This document shows, one piece after another, positions 29,497 through 40,201 of a DNA stretch of 57,761 nucleotides. The position numbers and the translations under genes are program-made. The notes beneath the pieces are model-generated. The model saw only the letters and a list, made by a program, of their open reading frames with translations. It was not told where the DNA came from and did not search any database. Source of the DNA: Pelagibacteraceae bacterium (GTDB lineage Bacteria; Pseudomonadota; Alphaproteobacteria; HIMB59; GCA-002718135); assembly GCA_018657885.1 (NCBI GenBank), contig JABHWG010000039.1, positions 1 to 57,761 on the forward strand, written 5' to 3'. Every line of letters begins with the position of its first letter. Positions within the stretch are counted from its first letter, which is position 1.

Positions 29497-30891
29497 TTAA
29501 GAATCTATAAGTCTTTTTAAAAGTTCAATATCTTCATTAAAATTAACATCTTGTAATTTCAGTTCTTCTATTTTTTTAACTGCATGCATAACGGTAGTAT
29601 GGTCTCTCCCACCAAATTTACGCCCAATTTCAGGGAGGGACCTTGAAGTAATTGATTTTGCTAAATACATAGCAATTTGTCTAGGTCGAGCAACAGATCG
29701 TGATCTTCTAGGGGAGTGCATATCTGTAATTCTAATATTATAGTGCTCTGCTACTTTTTTTTGAATTTCCTCAATTGTTATTCTTTTATTTGAAGACTTC
29801 AATAAATCTTGAAGAACAACCTGAGCTGTTTCAACTGTTATTGATGTACCTACTAGAGTGGCATGAGCTACCAGCCTATTTAACGCACCTTCCATTTCTC
29901 TTACATTAGAGATAATCCTATGTGATAAAAACTCCAAAACCTTTGCAGGAATTTCAACACCTCTTTTTTGAGCTTTTTCAATTAATATTCCTAATCTCAG
30001 CTCATATGTTGTTGGATGAATATCTGCCACTAAGCCACATCCTAGTCTAGATTTTAACCTTTCTTGAACACCATCTAAATCGGATGGTGATTTATCAGCT
30101 GAAATAACAATTTGTTTATTTTGCTCAATTAATGCATTGAATGTATGAAAAAATTCTTCCTGAGTATTATCTTTTCCACTTATAAACTGAACATCATCAA
30201 TCATTAAAACATCAATAGATCTAAATTGCTCCTTGAATGCCGAAGTATCTTTATATCTTAATGCTCTTACAAATTGATACATAAATTTTTCTGCAGATAA
30301 ATAAATAACTTTTCTTTCTGGCTTTAATTCTTTTAACTTCCAGCCAATAGCATGCATTAAATGTGTTTTACCAAGACCAACACCGCCATACAAAAACAAA
30401 GGATTGAAAGAAACATTATCTGCTTCTGCTATTCTTTGAGATGCAGCAAATGCAAGCTCATTAGGCTTTCCAACAACGAAATTATCAAAAGTAAACCGTG
30501 GATCAAGAGGCGCTCCAAATTCATTTGGGTATGAAGATTGCTGATTTGATCTAATATCCAAAGTAGACTTCCATTGATTATCAGTACTTTTAATAGTTCT
30601 TGTAGTGCCTGGCACTATTCTGCCCCCATGAGGCTTAACAACAAATTTAATTACTTCAATGTTATTGATATATTTTTTTGAATCACTTTTTATTTTATCA
30701 GAATAATTATTTACTATCCAATCTCTAAGAAACTTTGTTGGTAGCGAAAATGAAAGTGTGGTGTTTTCAAAAGATATAAAACTTAAGTGCTTCAACCAAT
30801 TATTATATGCACTGTCACCAACTGAATTTTTTAAATCTTTTTTAAGAGAGAGCCAATTTTTTTCTTCAGACAAATCTAAATTGTTGGTCAT
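29497..30891 (-). CDS. dnaA: Chromosomal replication initiator DnaA
   Basis: AAA+ 'LYGGVGLGKTHLMHA' and 'IDDVQF'. Domain IV 'RPRQIAMYL...SLPEIGRKFGGRDHTTVMHA'. Confidence 0.98.
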   Translation of the reverse strand: MTNNLDLSEEKNWLSLKKDLKNSVGDSAYNNWLKHLSFISFENTTLSFSLPTKFLRDWIVNNYSDKIKSDSKKYINNIEVIKFVVKPHGGRIVPGTTRTIKSTDNQWKSTLDIRSNQQSSYPNEFGAPLDPRFTFDNFVVGKPNELAFAASQRIAEADNVSFNPLFLYGGVGLGKTHLMHAIGWKLKELKPERKVIYLSAEKFMYQFVRALRYKDTSAFKEQFRSIDVLMIDDVQFISGKDNTQEEFFHTFNALIEQNKQIVISADKSPSDLDGVQERLKSRLGCGLVADIHPTTYELRLGILIEKAQKRGVEIPAKVLEFLSHRIISNVREMEGALNRLVAHATLVGTSITVETAQVVLQDLLKSSNKRITIEEIQKKVAEHYNIRITDMHSPRRSRSVARPRQIAMYLAKSITSRSLPEIGRKFGGRDHTTVMHAVKKIEELKLQDVNFNEDIELLKRLIDS

Positions 30892-30927
30892 TAGCCCCCT
30901 AATAATAATTGATTTTTTTATGATAAA

Positions 30928-31014
30928 TTTTACGTAAAAAAATCAAAGACGTAAAAATTTTTAACAGAATTATAATCACCAATTATAATAAAGATAATGA
31001 ACACTCTTTACGTA
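30928..31014. promoter_or_regulatory. Cluster of three TACGTAAA-type motifs in the rpsT-dnaA spacer
   Basis: TTTTACGTAAAA (a 12-bp palindrome, 30928-30939), GACGTAAAAA (30948-30957), and TTTACGTA (31007-31014, which is TACGTAAA on the minus strand). CG dinucleotides are otherwise rare in the local intergenic DNA. Confidence 0.3.
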
Positions 31015-31052
31015 TTTTTATCAAGAATAAAAGTGAAAAAATAAAAAAAAAA

Positions 31053-31313
31053 TTAATTTTTTTTAATATGATTTGATAACGAGGATAACTTTCTAGACAT
31101 GTACTGTTTTTTTAAAATGCCTTTCTTTACAGCTTTAGCCATGATAGAATTAACCTCTTTTAAAGAATTTTGAACTTCCTCAGCATCATTATCCTTCAAA
31201 AAATTATAGAATTTATTTAAATTAGTTCTGATTTTAGTTAAATATTGACTATTAACAGCGTTTTTTACTTTAGATTGAACAGATCTTTTTTTTGCTGATT
31301 TATGATTAGCCAT
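31053..31313 (-). CDS. rpsT: 30S ribosomal protein S20
   Basis: 86 aa and basic, with 'MANHKSAKKR' at the N-terminus. Confidence 0.94.
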   Translation of the reverse strand: MANHKSAKKRSVQSKVKNAVNSQYLTKIRTNLNKFYNFLKDNDAEEVQNSLKEVNSIMAKAVKKGILKKQYMSRKLSSLSNHIKKN

Positions 31314-31322
31314 ATAAAAAAC

Positions 31323-31350
31323 CTAATAAATTTAATTAGTTGAAAGTCAA
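31323..31350 (-). promoter_or_regulatory. Candidate rpsT promoter (TTGACT - 16 nt - TATTAG) embedded in a short hairpin
   Basis: On the minus strand, TTGACT lies at 31350-31345 and TATTAG at 31328-31323. The AGTTGA/TCAACT inverted repeat at 31338-31352 overlaps the -35. Motif match only. Confidence 0.25.
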
Positions 31351-31364
31351 CTTATATATTGAAA

Positions 31365-32177
31365 TCATTTCTGAAAGTTTGGACAAAAAAACGTTGATCT
31401 TCCATATAAATTAACTTTTTTTATTACATGTCCTCTAATCATAGACCCTTCTTTTCCATAAACTTTAAAATTTTTCTGAAAATTTCCTAAGGTTCCATCT
31501 GGTGAAATATAATCACTGATACTAGACCCTCCTAATAAAATAGCTTTTTTTAATATTTTTCTTGTAGATTTTATAATTGTACCAATTTGGTACTTATTTA
31601 GATCTTTACCCTTATTCAAAGGTGATACTTTGGCATCAAACAATATTTCACTCGCATAAATATTTCCGATACCAGCTACTATATATTGATTTAATAAAAT
31701 CTGTTTTATTAATACCTCAGATTTTTCAACTTTTTTAAATAAATAATCAATTGAAAAATCTTTATCTAAAGCATCTATGCCTAGCTTTTTAATATATTTA
31801 AGGTCTGTCAACCTATCTGATTCAACAATATCAATAAATCCAAACCTTCGTGGATCATTATATAATAAATATGAATTATTATTAAATTTAATACTTAAAT
31901 GATCATGTTTATCTCTAAACCTATCAGTAGTAACTATTTTTAGCCGTCCAGACATACCTAAATGCACAATCATTGTATGGAAGTTGTCAAAATCTAAAAT
32001 TACATATTTTGATATTCTTCTTAAATTGGTAATATGACTATTTATTATCCTTTTTAACCTAATGGATGGTACCGGGTACCTTAATTTTTTTACATAAACA
32101 TTAAGATTAGTGACTTTTTTATTTTTTAATATATTTAAACTTTTAACAGTTGTTTCAACTTCAGGTAATTCAGGCAT
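31365..32177 (-). CDS. mutM: Formamidopyrimidine-DNA glycosylase
   Basis: The canonical N-terminus 'MPELPEVE' (catalytic Pro2) fixes the start at ATG 32177. The longer track ORF starts at an upstream TTG. C-terminal zinc-finger-region residues '...RSTFFCPNFQK'. Confidence 0.93.
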   Translation of the reverse strand: MPELPEVETTVKSLNILKNKKVTNLNVYVKKLRYPVPSIRLKRIINSHITNLRRISKYVILDFDNFHTMIVHLGMSGRLKIVTTDRFRDKHDHLSIKFNNNSYLLYNDPRRFGFIDIVESDRLTDLKYIKKLGIDALDKDFSIDYLFKKVEKSEVLIKQILLNQYIVAGIGNIYASEILFDAKVSPLNKGKDLNKYQIGTIIKSTRKILKKAILLGGSSISDYISPDGTLGNFQKNFKVYGKEGSMIRGHVIKKVNLYGRSTFFCPNFQK

Positions 32178-32179
32178 AA

Positions 32180-32908
32180 ATGAACAAATTATCAAATTTT
32201 GGTTATAAGAAGGTAACTCCTAAAGAAAAAACAATATTAGTTCAAAAAGTTTTTTCTAATGTGGCTAACAATTATGATTTTATGAATGATGTGATGAGTT
32301 TTGGAGCTCACAGATTGTGGAAAAAAATATTTATAGATGTTGTTAATCCATTAAATGGAGAACTTATTATTGATGTAGGCTCTGGATCAGGGGATCTTGT
32401 TCTAGAAATTAAAAAAAAATGCACTAATGCAAAAATAGATATTGTTGATCTAAATAATGAAATGCTTAATGAGGGAAGAAAACGTATTAAAAAAGCAGGT
32501 GTAAATTTTTATCTTCAAAATGCTGAAAATTTAAGCTTTAAAAATAATACCTACGATAAATATCTTATTTCTTTTTGTTTGAGAAATGTAACTGATATCA
32601 ATAAGTCTTTTAAAGAAGCATTAAGGGTTTTGAAACCAGGAGGGCAATACTTTTGTCTTGAGTTTAGCAAACCAAACTCTTTTATTATTTCAAATATCTA
32701 TTCATATTATAAAGCAAATTTTATTCCATTTTTTGGAAAAATTTTTTCCAATAATCGTGATGCTTACAGTTACCTTAATGAGAGTATTGATATATTCCCA
32801 AATCAAGAAGATCTTAAGAAAAGAATGGAAAATGCAGGATTGAAATCAGTAAAATTTATAAACCTATTTGATGGTATAGTTTCAATTCATACAGGGTTTA
32901 AGTATTAG
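32180..32908 (+). CDS. ubiE: Ubiquinone/menaquinone biosynthesis C-methyltransferase UbiE
   Basis: 'VFSNVANNYDFMNDVMSFGAHRLWK', SAM motif 'IDVGSGSGD' and 'LKPGGQYFCLEFS'. Confidence 0.92.
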   Translation: MNKLSNFGYKKVTPKEKTILVQKVFSNVANNYDFMNDVMSFGAHRLWKKIFIDVVNPLNGELIIDVGSGSGDLVLEIKKKCTNAKIDIVDLNNEMLNEGRKRIKKAGVNFYLQNAENLSFKNNTYDKYLISFCLRNVTDINKSFKEALRVLKPGGQYFCLEFSKPNSFIISNIYSYYKANFIPFFGKIFSNNRDAYSYLNESIDIFPNQEDLKKRMENAGLKSVKFINLFDGIVSIHTGFKY

Positions 32909-34083
32909 TGAAGATACTTTTTGTTATTACTGGATCAATAGCCGTATCAAAATCTTATGATATACTCAAAATATTAAAAGAAAAAAAAATAGAAATAAAT
33001 TGTATCCTTACCAATAATGCAAAAAAATTAACTAATATTAAACAATTAAAAAAAAAAATAATAGGCAAAATCTATATGGACTCTGATGAAGCTAAACAAA
33101 AAATGCTTCACATTAATTTATCGAGAGAGAATAGTATTATAGTTGTATGCCCCGCAACAGCAAATTCAATAGCAAAATTTGCAAATGGTTATGGTGATAA
33201 TTTAGCTTCTACAACTTTACTTGCCTCTAATAAGCCAGTTATTTTTGTTCCGGCAATGAACACAATGATGTGGAATAATCCTACAAATAAAAAAAATGTT
33301 AATTACCTGCGATCAATAGGAACTGAATTTATTGGACCTACTATAGGAAAATTAAAATGTGGTGAGTTTGGAATAGGCAGAATTGAAGAAACTCAAAACA
33401 TAGTAGATAATTTAATTTTAAAACTCAAAACAAGTCAAAATTTTATTAAAAAAAAATGCTTGATTACCGCCGGACCAACTGTGGAAAATATTGATCCAAT
33501 AAGATACATTTCCAATTACTCTTCGGGAAAACAGGGGTATGAGATAGCTAACCAGCTAGCAAAATCAGGTGCAAAAGTAATATTAATTTCTGGCCCCACT
33601 AATTTACAACCACCAACAAATGTTAAATTAATTAACGTTAAAACGGCTGATGAAATGTTTAATAAAGTAAATAGATTTAATAAAAATATAGATGTGGCTA
33701 TATTTAGTGCCGCAGTAGCTGATTTTAAAATGAAAAAAGTAGGTGTAAAAAAAATAAAAAAAAATAACATCAATTCACTTAATTTGATAAAAAATATTGA
33801 TATTTTAAAAAGTATTGCTGAACATCAGATTAATCGGCCAAAATTTGTTGTTGGTTTTTCTGCTGAAACTGAAGGTAAAATTAATGCCAAAAAAAAATTA
33901 ATACAAAAAAATTGCAATATGATTATTTATAATAAAATTAATAAAAACAATAAAGTTTTTGAATTAAATGAAAATAAAATTTCTATTATAACAAAAAATA
34001 AAACTAAAAACTATGCCAAAACATCAAAAAGTAATTGTGCAAAATATATTATAGACTCTATTTATAACGAAATTAATAATTAA
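32908..34083 (+). CDS. coaBC: Bifunctional phosphopantothenoylcysteine decarboxylase / phosphopantothenate-cysteine ligase
   Basis: Flavoprotein N-domain 'ITGSIAVSK...PATANSIAKFANG'. DFP C-domain 'ITAGPT.E.IDPIRYISN.SSGKQG'. GTG start overlaps the ubiE TAG by one base. Confidence 0.92.
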   Translation: MKILFVITGSIAVSKSYDILKILKEKKIEINCILTNNAKKLTNIKQLKKKIIGKIYMDSDEAKQKMLHINLSRENSIIVVCPATANSIAKFANGYGDNLASTTLLASNKPVIFVPAMNTMMWNNPTNKKNVNYLRSIGTEFIGPTIGKLKCGEFGIGRIEETQNIVDNLILKLKTSQNFIKKKCLITAGPTVENIDPIRYISNYSSGKQGYEIANQLAKSGAKVILISGPTNLQPPTNVKLINVKTADEMFNKVNRFNKNIDVAIFSAAVADFKMKKVGVKKIKKNNINSLNLIKNIDILKSIAEHQINRPKFVVGFSAETEGKINAKKKLIQKNCNMIIYNKINKNNKVFELNENKISIITKNKTKNYAKTSKSNCAKYIIDSIYNEINN

Positions 34084-34826
34084 TGAGTTATTCAGATTTA
34101 GAATATGAAATATTTTCAAAACAATTTATTTTACAAAATTTTAATGAAGATAATATTTTTAAATTAGAAAATACTAAAATTGCAGTAATTGGTCTTGGAG
34201 GAATAGGTTGCCCATTAACACAATATTTGGTCTCATCTGGTTTTAAAAATTTAGTTTTTTTTGATGGAGATAAGGTTGAAAAAAGCAACCTTGGAAGACA
34301 AATATTATATGGTTTGGGTGATGTGGAAAAATTTAAAGTTAATGTTGCTAAAGATAAACTTCTAGAAACTAATCCTCACTGCAACATAGTGGTTCACTCA
34401 GAGCATTTAACAAAAAAAAATGTAAAATTATTAACAGGAATTGATATAATAATAGATGCAACTGATAACTGGCATACATCAAAATTGGTTAACAAATTTT
34501 GTTTACACAACTCAATAAAATATATTTTTTCATCAGCAGTTAATTATAATATTCAAATTTGCCTATTTGAAAATAACCATCATCATATATGTTTAAGTTG
34601 TTTATTTCCAAATGAAGAAGATGCTGAGTTAGCTAGATGCGATACTGTAGGAATATCTAGTATTTGTGCAGGTATGGCAGGCTTAATTACAGCTCAAAAA
34701 ACTATTAACACAATTTTAAATGCTAAAGATGAGACTAATATTTTAACACTAATTAATACTATAGATTTGAGTGTTACTAATATTAATGTAAAAAATAATT
34801 CTAATTGTTTATTAAATAATAGTTAA
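34083..34826 (+). CDS. ThiF/MoeB/HesA-family E1-like adenylyltransferase
   Basis: Rossmann 'VIGLGGIGCP', 'D.D.VEKSNLGRQ', 'DATDN', Cys motif 'CLSCLFP' and 'RCDTVGI'. The second CxxC pair is reduced to a single Cys (C242). No ThiS/MoaD-like ORF is adjacent. Confidence 0.75.
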   Translation: MSYSDLEYEIFSKQFILQNFNEDNIFKLENTKIAVIGLGGIGCPLTQYLVSSGFKNLVFFDGDKVEKSNLGRQILYGLGDVEKFKVNVAKDKLLETNPHCNIVVHSEHLTKKNVKLLTGIDIIIDATDNWHTSKLVNKFCLHNSIKYIFSSAVNYNIQICLFENNHHHICLSCLFPNEEDAELARCDTVGISSICAGMAGLITAQKTINTILNAKDETNILTLINTIDLSVTNINVKNNSNCLLNNS

Positions 34827-34868
34827 CTTATACAGTATTATCATTTAAGAAGTTATTTTGATATCACT

Positions 34869-35378
34869 ATGAAACAGGATTCCTTCTCATATGAACAAAT
34901 TTTAGAATGTGCTAACGGCATTTTATTTGGAAAAGGTAATGCTCAACTCCCCTCTCCACCAATGCTTATGTTTGACAGAATAACAAATATTAATGAAGCT
35001 GGTGGCGTGTTTGAGAAAGGTGAAATAATTGCTGAATTAGATATAAAGCCAGATTTTTGGTTCTTTGACTGTCATTTCAAAGGAGACCCAGTTATGCCAG
35101 GGTGTCTTGGTTTAGATGCTATGTGGCAACTTGTTGGTTTTTATCTTGGATGGTTAGGTCAACCAGGCAAAGGAAGAGCATTGGGTGTTGGTGAAGTAAA
35201 ATTTACTGGACAAGTACTTAATACAGTAAAAAAAGTAACTTATCATATTTCATTAAAAAGATTAATTTTAAGAAAATTAATTTTAGGTGTTGCAGATGGT
35301 ATTCTTAAAGCAGATGGAGAACCAATTTATGAAGCAAGAGATATGAAGGTTGGTCTTTTTCAATCTGATAATAAATAA
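34869..35378 (+). CDS. fabA: 3-hydroxydecanoyl-ACP dehydratase/isomerase
   Basis: '[24 protein letters not shown]' active-site region. Confidence 0.95.
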   Translation: MKQDSFSYEQILECANGILFGKGNAQLPSPPMLMFDRITNINEAGGVFEKGEIIAELDIKPDFWFFDCHFKGDPVMPGCLGLDAMWQLVGFYLGWLGQPGKGRALGVGEVKFTGQVLNTVKKVTYHISLKRLILRKLILGVADGILKADGEPIYEARDMKVGLFQSDNK

Positions 35379-35381
35379 AAA

Positions 35382-36599
35382 ATGAAAAGAGTTGTAGTTA
35401 CAGGATTAGGGATTGTCTCATGTATTGGAAATGAAGCAAATACTGTAACTAATAATTTAAAAAATTTAAACTCAGGGATTACTTCTGCACCTGAATATGA
35501 AGAATTTTCATTTAGAAGCCTTGTACATGGAAAACCAAATATAAATCTGGAAGAACAAATTGATCGACGACTTTTACGTTTTATGGGTGATGGAGCTGCA
35601 TTCAATTATATTGCAATGAAAAATGCAATTGATGACTCTGGGTTAGAAGACAAGGATGTATCTAATGAAATGACAGGCATTATAGTGGGATCAGGTGGAC
35701 CCTCTACTATGAATTTATATAAAGCTGCAGAATTAGGTAAAAATAGTGGCTCTAGAAAAGTTGGCCCTTTTATGGTTCCACGAAGTATGTCGAGCACTAA
35801 TTCAGCAACTCTTGCAACACCATTTAAAATTAAAGGAGTGAACTATTCAATTACTTCAGCCTGCTCAACTAGCTCACATTGTATAGGTAATGCTTATGAA
35901 CTTATTCAAATGGGTAAACAAAATGTAATGTTTGCAGGAGGTGGTGAAGAATTACACTGGACTCTATCGATACTATTTGATGCAATGGGAGCTTTATCAT
36001 CTAAATATAATAATAATCCTGGCATAGCTTCAAGAGCCTATGACTCTGAAAGAGATGGCTTTGTTATATCAGGTGGTGGTGGAACCATAGTTTTAGAGGA
36101 GTTAGATCATGCGAAAGCTAGAGGAGCTAAGATTTATGGAGAAATTACAGGTTATGGGGCTACTTCAGATGGATATGATATGGTTCAACCATCTGGTGAA
36201 GGTGCTGAAAGATGTATGAAAATGGCACTTAAAGATCTTAGAGGTGAAGTAGATTACATTAATTCACATGGCACAAGCACACCAATAGGTGATATTAAAG
36301 AACTAGAAGCATTAAAAAATGTATTTGGCGATCATATGCCTAAAATTAGTTCAACCAAATCTTTAACAGGTCACTCTTTAGGTGCAACTGGTGTTCACGA
36401 AGCAATATATTGTCTTTTAATGATGAATAATAATTTCTTATGTGGTTCAGCAAATATAAATAACTTAGATAGTAAAGCTTTAAATCATAATATACTTTTC
36501 AATACAGAGCATAACGTAAATATTGAAAATATAATTTCCAATAGTTTTGGATTCGGTGGAACTAATGCAACATTATTAATGTCTAAATATCATGATTAA
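35382..36599 (+). CDS. fabB: 3-oxoacyl-ACP synthase I
   Basis: Active-site '[13 protein letters not shown]', 'NSHGTSTP', '[10 protein letters not shown]' and '[10 protein letters not shown]'. Follows fabA. Confidence 0.94.
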   Translation: MKRVVVTGLGIVSCIGNEANTVTNNLKNLNSGITSAPEYEEFSFRSLVHGKPNINLEEQIDRRLLRFMGDGAAFNYIAMKNAIDDSGLEDKDVSNEMTGIIVGSGGPSTMNLYKAAELGKNSGSRKVGPFMVPRSMSSTNSATLATPFKIKGVNYSITSACSTSSHCIGNAYELIQMGKQNVMFAGGGEELHWTLSILFDAMGALSSKYNNNPGIASRAYDSERDGFVISGGGGTIVLEELDHAKARGAKIYGEITGYGATSDGYDMVQPSGEGAERCMKMALKDLRGEVDYINSHGTSTPIGDIKELEALKNVFGDHMPKISSTKSLTGHSLGATGVHEAIYCLLMMNNNFLCGSANINNLDSKALNHNILFNTEHNVNIENIISNSFGFGGTNATLLMSKYHD

Positions 36600-37362
36600 A
36601 GGTAAAAAAGGTATTATCTTTGGTATTGCGAATGATCATTCAATAGCATGGGGTATTGCTAAACAACTATATTTAAACGGTGCTGAATTAGCTATTACAT
36701 ATCAAAATGATACATTGCTAAAAAGAGTTAAACCCTTGGCTGAAAAAGTTGAATCAAATACATTAATTGAATGTGATGTCACTAACGAAGATCATTTACT
36801 AAACACAGTTAAAAAAATTAAAAATAAGTTTGGGGAAATTGATTTTATAATTCATGCAGTTGCTTATTCCGATAAAAACGAGTTGAATGGTCGATATATA
36901 GATACGTCAAAAAATAATTTTATTAATAGCTTATCAATATCTTGTTATTCTTTTACTAAAATTGCTAAATTATTTCAGCCTATTATAAAAGAAGGGGGAA
37001 GTTTAGTGACATTAAGTTTTCATGGAGCTAACAAGGTTATGCCAAATTACAACGTTATGGGAATCGCAAAAGCAGCGCTAGAAGCAAGTGTAAAATATTT
37101 AAGTGTTGATTTAGGTGATCAAAATATTAGAGTAAATGCAATATCTGCAGGACCAATGAGGACACTTGCTGGAGCGGCAATTGCGAATGCAAGAGAAGTA
37201 TTTAAATACACGAATGATAATTCTTCTTTAAAAAGAAATGTGAATCTTGAAGAATTAGGCAATTCTGCACTTTATTTAGTTAGTGACCTCTCTTCTGCTA
37301 TGACTGGAGAAATACATTATGTTGATTGTGGTTTTAGCATTGTGGGAATGCCAAAGAGTTAA
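36592..37362 (+). CDS. fabI: Enoyl-ACP reductase (NADH)
   Basis: '[13 protein letters not shown]', '[24 protein letters not shown]' (Y-x6-K) and '[12 protein letters not shown]'. Confidence 0.94.
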   Translation: MIKGKKGIIFGIANDHSIAWGIAKQLYLNGAELAITYQNDTLLKRVKPLAEKVESNTLIECDVTNEDHLLNTVKKIKNKFGEIDFIIHAVAYSDKNELNGRYIDTSKNNFINSLSISCYSFTKIAKLFQPIIKEGGSLVTLSFHGANKVMPNYNVMGIAKAALEASVKYLSVDLGDQNIRVNAISAGPMRTLAGAAIANAREVFKYTNDNSSLKRNVNLEELGNSALYLVSDLSSAMTGEIHYVDCGFSIVGMPKS

Positions 37363-37364
37363 CT

Positions 37365-38108
37365 TTATTTTAAATAAGTACTAGGATCATCAACAAAAAT
37401 ACTGGATACATTATTATTCCATAAATTTTTTGCTACATCTGCAGAGATATTTTTATCTGAATATACATTAATTTGGATATTATTTTTTTTGAATTCATCT
37501 ACAAGTGACTTAGAAAAAAGTTTATAATTTATTCCACAACTAAATAAATTATTTTTCTTACATATATCTATAGTGTTGTTGATATTAATATTATCAAAAT
37601 CATCTTTTAAAAGTCCACATAATGAGTGTGGTGATTTTTCTTTTAAAGAAATACAACTTGGTAAATCAAAACTGGAAAAATAAATTTTCTGATAAGAAAT
37701 TTTTTTTACCTCTTCTAGAATTTTTTCTACATTTATTTCTTCTAAGCCTTTGTTAGGCTTTAATTCAATATTAATATATTTTTGTTTTATTTTAACAAAT
37801 TCAAGAACATCACTTAATTTAGGCACCTTGATATTTGTTTTATGCTTGTAAAAAAAATACCCAGCATCTAGTTGATTGATTTCTTCAAATCTAAAATTAG
37901 AAACTAAACCAAAACCAGTTGTTGTTCTTTCTAAGCTGTCATCATGAAGCAATAAAGGAATTTTGTCTTTACTTATTTTAACGTCCACCTCTACACATTC
38001 TAGACCTAACTCGAATGCTGTAGAAATGGACTTTAAAGTATTTTCAGGTTCTAAATCCTTAACCCCTCTATGACCAATTAATCTTGGTAAGTTATTATTC
38101 AGCCTCAA
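37365..38108 (-). CDS. ugpQ: Glycerophosphodiester phosphodiesterase family protein
   Basis: GDPD pattern 'IGHRG...PENT', 'VEVDV' and '[11 protein letters not shown]'. Confidence 0.8.
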   Translation of the reverse strand: MRLNNNLPRLIGHRGVKDLEPENTLKSISTAFELGLECVEVDVKISKDKIPLLLHDDSLERTTTGFGLVSNFRFEEINQLDAGYFFYKHKTNIKVPKLSDVLEFVKIKQKYINIELKPNKGLEEINVEKILEEVKKISYQKIYFSSFDLPSCISLKEKSPHSLCGLLKDDFDNININNTIDICKKNNLFSCGINYKLFSKSLVDEFKKNNIQINVYSDKNISADVAKNLWNNNVSSIFVDDPSTYLK

Positions 38109-40179
38109 CTTCTTTCATTGAAAGCTTAACCTTACCTCTACCATCAACATCCAGAACTTTTACTTTGACAATATCACCTTCATTGATCACATCACTTACT
38201 TTTTCTACTCTTTCATTTTTTAACTGGCTAATATGAACCAAACCATCCTTTGAACCCATAAAATTAACAAAAGCACCAAAATCCATTAGTTTTACAACCT
38301 TACCTTCATATATTTTTCCAATCTCAGGTTCTTCGACAATGCCTTTAATCCATTCAATGGCATCATTTCCTGACTTGGAATCAACAGCGGCAACACTTAC
38401 TAAGCCCTCATCATCAATTTCTATTTTAGCGCCAGTTGTTTCACTTATTTCTCTTATTACAGCTCCACCCTTACCAATAACTTCTCTAATCTTATCTTTA
38501 TGAACATGCAAAGTAGTAATAGTAGGTGCATAATCAGAAATTTTTTCTTGAGATTTGCCAATTGCTTTTGCCATTTCACCAAGTATATGAATTCTTCCAT
38601 CTTTTGCTTGCTCAAGGGCTTCTTTCATTATGTCATATGTAATACTAGTTATTTTAATATCCATTTGTAAAGATGTGATACCATCTTTAGTTCCAGCAAC
38701 TTTAAAATCCATATCACCTAAATGATCTTCATCTCCAAGAATATCTGAGAGAACTACGTAATCCTCTTTTTCTTTTATTAAACCCATGGCAATACCCGCA
38801 ATTGGTTTTTCAATTGGGACACCAGCATCCATTAAGGACATTGAGGTTCCACAAACAGTAGCCATCGAGCTAGAACCATTTGATTCTGTTATTTCTGAGA
38901 CTACTCTGTAAGTATAGGGAAACTGTTCATTTGATGGAAGCATTGGGTGTATTGCTCTCCATGCTAATTTACCATGACCTATTTCTCTTCTACTTGTTGA
39001 CCCAACTCTTCCAACTTCTCCAACTGAATAAGGAGGAAAATTATAATGGAGCATAAAATTTTCTTTATATTCACCTTCAATTGCATCAATTCTTTGCTCA
39101 TCCATTCCTGTTCCGAGGGTTGTAACAACTAATGCTTGTGTTTCGCCTCTAGTGAACAAAGCTGACCCATGTGTGCGACTTAATACACCAGTTTCACATA
39201 CGATTGGTCTTACAGTTTTAGTATCTCGTCCATCTATTCTATTTCCAGTTTTTAACAAATCTCCTCTTACAATATCTTTTTCTACTGTTTTTACAGCGTC
39301 TGATACAATTAGGGATGTTAAAGTCTCACTAACAAATTTTTCTTCAATTTCAGATCTAAGTTGACTCAATTTTTCAACACGTTTTTGTTTTTCTTTAACT
39401 TGGTATGCCTCAACAAAATTACTTCCAAACTCATCATTGATCAGATTTGGTAAATTAGTAATTTCCTCTTCTTTTTTTGGCATTTCCCAAGGTTCTTTTG
39501 CTGCTTGCTTAGCTAAAGAAATTATCGCATCAATTACTGGTAAATAAGATTCTTGTCCTAGAACAACAGCTTCAAGCATTTTCTCTTCTGTCAATTGATG
39601 AGCTTCTGATTCAACCATTAAAACACCATTTTTAGTCCCAGCAACAACTAGTTCTAATTTAGAATTTTTAATTTCTTCTATAGTTGGGTTTACTACCAGT
39701 TTATCATCAACAAGACCTATTTTTGCAGCACCTATAGGTCCCATGAAAGGTAATCCAGAAAGTGTTAATGCTGCACTACTAGCGATAAGCGCAACTATAT
39801 CTGAGTCATTAGATTGATCATGTGATAAAACTGTACACGTTACTTGTGTTTCATTTTTAAAATCTTTATGAAACAATGGTCTAACAGGTCTATCAATTAA
39901 TCTACATATCAGTGTTTCTTTTTCTGTTGGTCTTGCTTCTCTTTTAAAGAAACCACCTGGTATTTTACCTACTGAATAAAATTTTTCTTGATAATTTACT
40001 GTTAATGGGAAAAAATCCATATCCGGTTTAACTTTTTTTGCAGCAACAACATTTGTCATGACTGTTGTTCCACCATAAGTAACAATAACTGATGAATCAG
40101 CTTGTCTTGCTATTTTCCCAGTTTCAATTGTTAAATTTTTCCCTGCCCATTCTAATTCTACTTTTTTTATATCAAACAT
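38095..40179 (-). CDS. pnp: Polyribonucleotide nucleotidyltransferase (PNPase)
   Basis: Two RNase PH domains ('GRIDGRD', 'GSSSMA'), a KH domain ('[11 protein letters not shown]') and an S1 domain ('GAFVNF...DGLVHISQL'). Confidence 0.98.
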   Translation of the reverse strand: MFDIKKVELEWAGKNLTIETGKIARQADSSVIVTYGGTTVMTNVVAAKKVKPDMDFFPLTVNYQEKFYSVGKIPGGFFKREARPTEKETLICRLIDRPVRPLFHKDFKNETQVTCTVLSHDQSNDSDIVALIASSAALTLSGLPFMGPIGAAKIGLVDDKLVVNPTIEEIKNSKLELVVAGTKNGVLMVESEAHQLTEEKMLEAVVLGQESYLPVIDAIISLAKQAAKEPWEMPKKEEEITNLPNLINDEFGSNFVEAYQVKEKQKRVEKLSQLRSEIEEKFVSETLTSLIVSDAVKTVEKDIVRGDLLKTGNRIDGRDTKTVRPIVCETGVLSRTHGSALFTRGETQALVVTTLGTGMDEQRIDAIEGEYKENFMLHYNFPPYSVGEVGRVGSTSRREIGHGKLAWRAIHPMLPSNEQFPYTYRVVSEITESNGSSSMATVCGTSMSLMDAGVPIEKPIAGIAMGLIKEKEDYVVLSDILGDEDHLGDMDFKVAGTKDGITSLQMDIKITSITYDIMKEALEQAKDGRIHILGEMAKAIGKSQEKISDYAPTITTLHVHKDKIREVIGKGGAVIREISETTGAKIEIDDEGLVSVAAVDSKSGNDAIEWIKGIVEEPEIGKIYEGKVVKLMDFGAFVNFMGSKDGLVHISQLKNERVEKVSDVINEGDIVKVKVLDVDGRGKVKLSMKEVEAE

Positions 40180-40201
40180 CTTTTTTCTCTTTCAGCTTAG
40201 A

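Noticed and set aside
30892-31052. Calling the rpsT-dnaA spacer the chromosomal origin (oriC).
   Set aside because: No 9-mer within one mismatch of the DnaA box TTATCCACA occurs on either strand. The spacer is only 161 bp, and alphaproteobacterial origins are usually not dnaA-adjacent. I report the repeated TACGTAAA motif instead, without claiming origin function.
31053-31066. A TTAA-N6-TTAA element resembling a CtrA box at the rpsT 3' end.
   Set aside because: The spacing is N6 rather than the N7 required of CtrA sites. It lies in rpsT coding and stop sequence and is composed solely of A/T, so a chance match is most likely.
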